Assembly: GCA_965224085.1 (NCBI GenBank)
Contig: CBDCYI010000009.1
Span: forward strand, 96,001-160,000
Source: Candidatus Marinacidobacterales bacterium
GTDB lineage: Bacteria > Acidobacteriota > Vicinamibacteria > Marinacidobacterales > SMYC01
DNA length: 64,000 nucleotides
Reading direction: 5' to 3'
In this document: in pieces, positions 57,454 to 64,000 of the stretch
How the letters are laid out: every line of letters begins with the position of its first letter
Numbering within the stretch: position 1 is the first letter of the stretch
The notes under the pieces: model-generated
Seen by the model: the letters and a program-made list of their open reading frames with translations, nothing else
What the model was told of the DNA's origin: nothing
Database searches by the model: none
Translations under genes and position numbers: made by a program

Positions 57454-60076
57454 ATGAGAGGTCAAGCGAGAAAAATTCATTGCCATCTCTGTTCCATTAT
57501 CTCGAGAGCTCTGCTCCTCGCCATCTTCGCGCTGGCGCCGCGCACCGCACCGGCGCAGGGATCGAATCTCGGATCTCTCTTGCCGTTTTGGGAGGCCCGT
57601 GAGCGACTCAGGGCCGAAAGCCCTTACAAGAGCTTGAGCTGGAGGTGCGTGGGGCCGTCGGTGATGAGCGCCCGGATCATCGATGTGGAGGTGTCCCCGG
57701 CGGACAAACACACGATTTATCTGGCCGGGGCCACCAGTGGCATCTGGAAAACGGTGAACAGCGGCATCACTTGGAATCCCATCTTCGACGATCAACCGGA
57801 CTACTCCATCGGCGACGTGGCGATTGCACCCACGGATCCGGACATCATCTGGGTGGGAACCGGCGAGGCGAACTTTCGTCAAAACGTGGACTCCGGCTTC
57901 GGCATCTACAAGTCGGAAGACGGCGGGAAAAGCTGGCGGCACATGGGCCTCACCGAGAGCCGTCACACCGGGCGTATCATCGTCCATCCGAGGGATTCCC
58001 GTATAGTCTACGTGGCCGTCGTGGGGGCGCTTCGCTCCGCGAACGACGAGCGCGGCATCTTCAAGACCACGGACGGCGGCAAGACCTGGAAGAACGTCAA
58101 GTATATCGACGAGCACACGGGCTTCGTCGACATGATCTTGGATCCCCAGCATCCGGACACGCTTTACGCGGCCTCGTACTATCGCTACTCGGGGCCCTGG
58201 TTCTTCTACGACAAGAGCGCGAGGAACGGAATCTGGAAGACGGATGACGGGGCTCGAAGCTGGACGCGGCTCACTAACGGTTTGCCCGTCGATGATTACA
58301 CGGGCCGTATCGGGATCAGTCTCTCCGCGGCCCACCCCAAAGTGATTCTATGCGCGTCTGGCTCGCGACAAGCTGGGAGAGGACGGCACGCCCCTGGGCG
58401 GCGAGTACTTCAAGGGGGAGGAGATTTACCGGAGCGACGACGGTGGCGAGAGCTGGCGGATGACCGCCCAGTTCAACCAGATGAAGAACCCCTGGTACTT
58501 TGCCCACATCATCGCCGACCCCAAGGATCCGGACAAAGTGATATCCCTTGGCGGCGGTGAAGGCTCCTTTCTCATCTCCACGGACGGCGGGAAGAGCTTT
58601 ACGAACCACGACAAGGGCACCTACGGGGACCACCAGGCTCTGTGGATCGATCCGGACGACACCGATCGATACATCGCCGGCCACGACGGCGGTGCTTCCT
58701 ACTCGTACGACGGAGGCAAGAACTGGCGACGGGACCTCGAGCTCCCCATCGGACAGATCTACGCGGTCAGCTACGACATGCGTGCCCCCTACTGGATCCA
58801 CGTGGGTACCCAGGACAGCCACTCGTTGATGGGACCCAGCAACAGCGTGCCCGAGGGCAAGAACTGGAAGTTTTTGCTCTGGGGAGACGGTATGAACACC
58901 GAGGTCGACCCGGTGGAGTGGAACATCGTCTACCCGACGGCGATCAGGGGAACCATCGAGCGGCACGACCTGGTGACGCGAGAAACGATCTCGATCGCAC
59001 CGAGTCCTCGGCGCGGGCAGCTTTTCGATCCACCGCTCCGCTTCAGCTGGAACATGCCCTCGATGCTCTCGCCTCACGATCGGCGTCGGCTCTACCTGGG
59101 GGCGAACAAGCTTCTGCGCTCGCCTGACCGAGGAGACACGTGGGAGGTCGTGAGCCCGGATCTCACGACCCAGCACGAGACCCAGTACGAGCAAAGCCCG
59201 TACTCCAACATCACCGCCATTGCCGAATCGCCACTAGAGGAAGGATTGCTCTACGTTGGGACCGACGACGGTCTGGTCTGGAGGAGCCCTGACAACGGCG
59301 TCACCTGGCTAGAGATCAGTACGGGGTTGCCGAAGGAGCGCTGGGCCACCACGGTGAGCGCCTCTCCGCACGACAAGGCGACGGTCTACGTCAATTTCAC
59401 GGGCGACCGGCTGGACGATTTCGCCCCCTACGTTTTCAAGTCGAAATACCACGGTAAGACCTGGACGTCCATCGTGAGCAACTTGCCTCAGGAGCCGACG
59501 AACGTCATCCACGAGGATCCACGGCGAAAAGATCTCCTGTACGTGGGGACCGAGCGAGGGATCTACGTTTCTTTCGACGGCGGCGAGAGCTGGGCCTCAT
59601 TGGTCAACAACCTGCCGACGGTGCCCGTGGTGGACTTGACGATCCATCCTCGTGAGAACGATTTGATCATCGCCACCTACGGCCGGAGCGTCTGGGTCTT
59701 GAACGTCGGTCCGCTTCAAGAACTCACCGACTGGGTGAGGACGTCCGGGCTTCACCTGTTTCCCAACCGGCCGTACTATATCTCCGCCGATCCCTACTGG
59801 GGCGAGCGCTACGTCGACTACCGGGACACGATCTATTTCACCTACTATCTCGGTGAGGAGCAGTTCGAGACGGTCATCGAGATCATCTCGGAGAGAGATG
59901 GAGCCAAGATCACGGAGCTGAAGGGCTCGGGCTCCAGGGGCCTCAACCAGGTGATGTGGAATCGCAGCACTGGAAAGCAAGGGCGGGGCGCGATGTGGGC
60001 CCCTCCAGGCCGGTACAGGATACAGGTGAGCGCTGGCGCTTTCCGGACGAAGGGTGTGCTCGAGATCCGTCCATGA
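57454..60076 (+). CDS. Sortilin/VPS10 (BNR-repeat) glycosyl-hydrolase-like protein, one frameshift near 58345
   Basis: Repeated S/T.D.G.TW boxes in both halves; removing one base at gtgattctat joins 57454-58345 to the 58460-60076 frame. Confidence 0.85.
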
Positions 60077-60346
60077 GCACTCCCGCCCGCGCGCTACGCC
60101 TCGGGAGGCGGCATGGTGTAGTTCAGCGTCGAGCGGCCGCCGTCCGGGTAAACGGTCTTGCCCGGTGGAAACGGCGTAGGCCAGCTGGTGGGATGGCGAC
60201 GACGTTGGATGACACGTTGATAATGGCACCCGCGATGCGTTGCTCGACCACCCAACTGACGGAGACGTGGAGTCCTCTGCCGACAGCCGTGCGGCCCGTG
60301 CTCGAAGCGCTCGCCCGATGAGCCCAGCGCTTCGTTACGCGTCGGT

Positions 60347-61759
60347 TCAGCGGGCGCCGACGATCCCCTTCACCGATTCCAGAATCTTCGGCGCGTCGTA
60401 GCCGACGCCGTCTTTGAACACAATGGTGGTGTTGCGAATGTCGGCCGGGTTCGCGATCGGATCGCCCTTTAGGACCACCAGGTCGGCGAGCTTGCCTTCG
60501 GAGACGGATCCCAGTCGATCGTATTCTCCTAGGATCCTTGCGCCGTTAGCGGTCATGATCTCGATCGCCTGAACGGGAGTGAAGCCGGCCTCAATCAGCA
60601 GCTCGAAATTGCGCTGATCCCCGAAGCCCGGAAGGGCTCCCCCGTTTCCCGTCGGGTCGACACCTGCCGCCAGAAGGCCGCCCGCGTCGGCGAAAGCCTT
60701 TTCGAAGGCCAGCACCCGCGTCCAGACCTGCGGCATGAAGGATTCGGGGGCCGATTCCTGCACGGCGCGGTGGCGCTCCAGAAAAGCCTCACGGACCTCG
60801 GGAGCCATGATCTCCAGCACGCGATCCTCGACCGGCCGCCCGGGGACCATCTGCTCGACGACGGCCAGGGTCGACGTCACCGCCACGCCTTTGTCCACCA
60901 TGCGCTGGATCAAGGATTTCACTTCGTCGCTCCCGATCTCGACGTTCGCGAGGCTAGCCCGCTGCGTGGGGGGGCAGACGTCCGGCTGCTTCGCGGGATC
61001 GAAGTCCGATGCGACGAGCAGCCCGTGCTCCAGGTTGTCGATACCCAGCTCGACGGCCTCGCCGAACGTCACCGAGCAGAGATGGCCGGTGAAGTTGATG
61101 CCCTGACGATGAGCCTCATCGATCGCGGCTTTCAGGTTCTCCCGGCTGATTCGGCTGTGGGCTTTGATCCACGTGGCGCCCTCCTCGACCCAGTAGCGCA
61201 CCATCCGGCGAGCGTCCTCGGGGGAGGAGGGTGAGTAGTTTCGAAGCCCCTCGCTCAGCCGCGGACCGGTGATGTGCATTCGGGGACCCACCAACTCGCC
61301 CGCCTCGATGCCTTTCTTCAAGTTGATCTCCGTGTAGGGCGACAGGCTTCCGGTGGTACGTATCGTCGTGAGACCGGACGCCAGGTAGATCCTGGGCGCG
61401 CTGAAGCTCAACGTCAGCCGCGCCCGAGCTCCCGCGTAGTCGGTGTGATCGTGCATGCCGACGAGACCGGGGATCACCGTGTGTCCGGTAAGATCCAGCA
61501 CCTCGGCTCCGCTCGGGACAGGGACCTCACTCGTAGCGCCGACGGCGGTGATCCGACCCCGTTCCACCACGATCGTCTGACCGGCCTGCGGAGGGGCGCC
61601 GGTGCCATCCACCACGCGGACGTTCGTCAGAGCGAAGACGGGAGCCCGAACGCGCACGAATTCCAACACGGCCAGCGAGAGCTCGTCGGCGAATTGAGAC
61701 CGGGCCACGTTGCTCTGGAAGGCGAGGATTGTGATAGCGAGAAAAATGACACGTCTCAT
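60347..61759 (-). CDS. Secreted amidohydrolase
   Basis: Signal peptide, PGLVGMHDH, GHLCS, LEHG, AGVD, GKLADLVVL.GDP. Confidence 0.9.
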   Translation of the reverse strand: MRRVIFLAITILAFQSNVARSQFADELSLAVLEFVRVRAPVFALTNVRVVDGTGAPPQAGQTIVVERGRITAVGATSEVPVPSGAEVLDLTGHTVIPGLVGMHDHTDYAGARARLTLSFSAPRIYLASGLTTIRTTGSLSPYTEINLKKGIEAGELVGPRMHITGPRLSEGLRNYSPSSPEDARRMVRYWVEEGATWIKAHSRISRENLKAAIDEAHRQGINFTGHLCSVTFGEAVELGIDNLEHGLLVASDFDPAKQPDVCPPTQRASLANVEIGSDEVKSLIQRMVDKGVAVTSTLAVVEQMVPGRPVEDRVLEIMAPEVREAFLERHRAVQESAPESFMPQVWTRVLAFEKAFADAGGLLAAGVDPTGNGGALPGFGDQRNFELLIEAGFTPVQAIEIMTANGARILGEYDRLGSVSEGKLADLVVLKGDPIANPADIRNTTIVFKDGVGYDAPKILESVKGIVGAR

Positions 61760-62091
61760 CGGTTCCTCCTGTACGCGAAACGCCGGCCGTTATGCTGGGT
61801 CTCCCGCCGCGCCCATCTTAGCCCGAAGCGCTCGGCGTCTGCGACGGCACCGGCCGCACGCACGATCACGAGAATCTATGGATTATCGGAGCACCGACCT
61901 GCGTGAGCTCGGGGTGTTTGAACAGCACGCTCACGTTCGTTGCGCTCAGCCTGCGGACCGCGACGTTTCTGGGTGAGGAGTTCCCCCGCAGAAGTTGAGC
62001 GGTGGAGCCCTCACCCGCCACCCACCGCGCGCCCACCTCCCCCCTGGTTGGGGAGAGGCAATCTCACGGTTTCGCGTGGGCTTGCCACGCC

Positions 62092-63861
62092 TCAATATTT
62101 CCAGCTCGTCGTGTCCGCTCCCGCCGGGGCGTTTCGGGTGATGTCGTCCGCAATCACCGAAATGAACTCGGCGTAAGTAATCTGCCGCTCCGGCTCCACC
62201 GGACTGTGGCCAATCCAGGAGTGGCGTCCTCGAAACCCGTACTGAAACGTCGCACCCGCGGGTGGGTCGGTGGCCGAGTCGAGAAACTCCTGGACGAGAT
62301 AGACGGCCTCGTTGAGATAGTAGTTGTCCATCATGCCTACGGCGAAGTGCAGTTTTCCCAGAACCTTGGGACCGAGCGTGCTCCAGTCCCGCCGCAGGAT
62401 GTGGCTGAGGTCGTAGTTCTCGCGCCAGTATTCTGCCACTTCGGGGTAGATGTCTCCGCTCTCCGGATCCCAGAGCGGCTCGGGATAGCCGTCTTCGCCT
62501 ACCGAGCTGTACACCGCCTGCCACACGGCCCATTGCCCTCCCGAAATATCCTTCGGTCCCACGGTCTCCCCGTACGCGTACCAGTCGCGAACGGTGTAGT
62601 TCACCAGCCCGTCGATCTCTCTCTGGGCGGGGCGGGCCGTTCGCATCCACTCGTGCTCGTTGTAGAAGGCGTTTCGATCCTCGTAGATGTTCATCTGTAT
62701 GTTCTTGCGGAAGTCGATGGGGTCGGGCGCCCAGGGCCAGCTACCGGCGAAGAAATCGGGATAGAAGATCATCATCGCCGCCGCTTCCCAGCCTCCGGTG
62801 GATCGTCCGGACAGGACTCGCGCCCACGGCTCGCCGATGATGCGGAACTTCTCCTCGATGTGGGGAATCAGCTCTTCGATCAGAGCATCTCCATAAGGCC
62901 CGATGTTCGCCGAGTTGACCGAGTACGAGGTGTCGTAGAAGGGATTCGAGTCCCGGAACGTCACGACGATCACTTTGGGAGTTTCGCCGTTGGTCCAAGC
63001 CTCATAGAAGCCGTCGAGCTGATTGCCCACCCCGGGGTGCGTGGGCGTGTGTCCCTCAGTAAACCACTCCTCCGGGGACCACGGAACCGGCGTCAATCCA
63101 GAGGAGTGGCCCTGCAAGTAGAGAACCGGATAGTGCACGTCGGGGTGCTCGTCGTAGCCTTTGGGGAGGAGCACGTTGGCCCCGAGGTACATGTCCTGTC
63201 CCCAGAACTCCGAGACCTTCTCGCTCTTGATCTTCAGGTATTTGACCCACTCCGTATCGTCGTAGTTGCCCTGCTGGAGAAGTTCACCCTCGCTGAGCGG
63301 CCGGCGGGGAAGGATGACGTCGCTCAGCTCGAGAGCCACGGTCTGTGAGCCGCTCGCGGGAACGGAGACGCGCTGGAGCTCGCTGTAGGCGTTTCCAGGA
63401 GCCCGGAACGGCGACTGGTGAGCGCCGGAGTTGAGGTGCAGCTCGACGGTATGTCCGTCGGAACGGCGAAACGTCGTGTAGACATTGAGAAACGCCTGGA
63501 CGTAGTAGTCCCCGGGAGGAATCTCCGCCGTCGACTCGAGGGGGTAGCCGGCCACGCTGGGGTCCTCGTCCGAGATCGTGACGCGGCTTCCCGCACCGAA
63601 TCCGCGAACGTCCTTGCCCCAGAGCGGAACCCCTGTGGCCCCGGTCGAGAGTCGGGGCTCCGGGTCGCTGTTTCGGGAGACGATGGCGAAGGCCCTGCCG
63701 ACGGCGGGCACCTCGAGGCCCAGCTCGGAGATCTGGCGTCCGGCCTCCTCGGTGAGAGTGACCTCGAAACGAAGCTCGGGCCCTTCCCGGACGGGCCCGC
63801 AACCCCAGGCCGCGACACCAACGGAAACGACGAGTAACAGGCGGAAGAATCTCGACGGCAT
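62092..63861 (-). CDS. Secreted esterase-like alpha/beta-hydrolase (paralog of 43383-45182)
   Basis: Lipoprotein-like signal (AWGC), SYSVNSANIGPYGDA, ARVLSGRSTGGW, GMMDNYYL, GADTTSWKY*. Confidence 0.75.
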   Translation of the reverse strand: MPSRFFRLLLVVSVGVAAWGCGPVREGPELRFEVTLTEEAGRQISELGLEVPAVGRAFAIVSRNSDPEPRLSTGATGVPLWGKDVRGFGAGSRVTISDEDPSVAGYPLESTAEIPPGDYYVQAFLNVYTTFRRSDGHTVELHLNSGAHQSPFRAPGNAYSELQRVSVPASGSQTVALELSDVILPRRPLSEGELLQQGNYDDTEWVKYLKIKSEKVSEFWGQDMYLGANVLLPKGYDEHPDVHYPVLYLQGHSSGLTPVPWSPEEWFTEGHTPTHPGVGNQLDGFYEAWTNGETPKVIVVTFRDSNPFYDTSYSVNSANIGPYGDALIEELIPHIEEKFRIIGEPWARVLSGRSTGGWEAAAMMIFYPDFFAGSWPWAPDPIDFRKNIQMNIYEDRNAFYNEHEWMRTARPAQREIDGLVNYTVRDWYAYGETVGPKDISGGQWAVWQAVYSSVGEDGYPEPLWDPESGDIYPEVAEYWRENYDLSHILRRDWSTLGPKVLGKLHFAVGMMDNYYLNEAVYLVQEFLDSATDPPAGATFQYGFRGRHSWIGHSPVEPERQITYAEFISVIADDITRNAPAGADTTSWKY

Positions 63862-64000
63862 TGCGAACCTCCTTGGTCGGATGGCTAACGACGACTGCCG
63901 AAGCACGACTCCGAATCCTTACCATTCCAACATGTGCCGGACCTCGTCGTCGAGACCGGTCATCTCCCAGCGAGTGAGCGAAATCGGAATCATCCCCGAC

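Overview
GC-rich bacterial DNA. The gene content (PD40/TolB-kinase pieces, DUF5916, sortilin-repeat hydrolases, S9/M28/S10 peptidases, DUF885) resembles Acidobacteriota/Vicinamibacteria-type genomes, but that assignment is an inference. About 30 apparently intact catabolic, secreted-hydrolase and transporter genes are interleaved with more than 20 abruptly truncated gene shards and three internal duplications. The window is therefore either a heavily eroded and reshuffled region or a chimeric assembly. Mobile DNA includes an intact IS256 (imperfect IRs, 8-bp TSD) inserted into an IS110 remnant, and an intact IS200-type tnpA element sitting in the dctQ/dctM stop-start overlap. There are also IS5, IS1-like and IS91-like scraps and two more IS110 elements. 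The most notable signals are these two IS110 elements, whose non-coding regions fold into two-loop bridge/seek-RNA-like structures with loops matching their own ends and flanks. (1) A 788-bp internally deleted element (979-1766) keeps both ends, would form TTGACA-N17-TAGTAT on circularisation, and carries its guide RNA downstream of the transposase. (2) A full-length (frameshifted) element has an upstream guide RNA whose target loop appears to match the GGMGEV codons of the Ser/Thr kinase gene it interrupts. No CRISPR array, tRNA or rRNA was seen.
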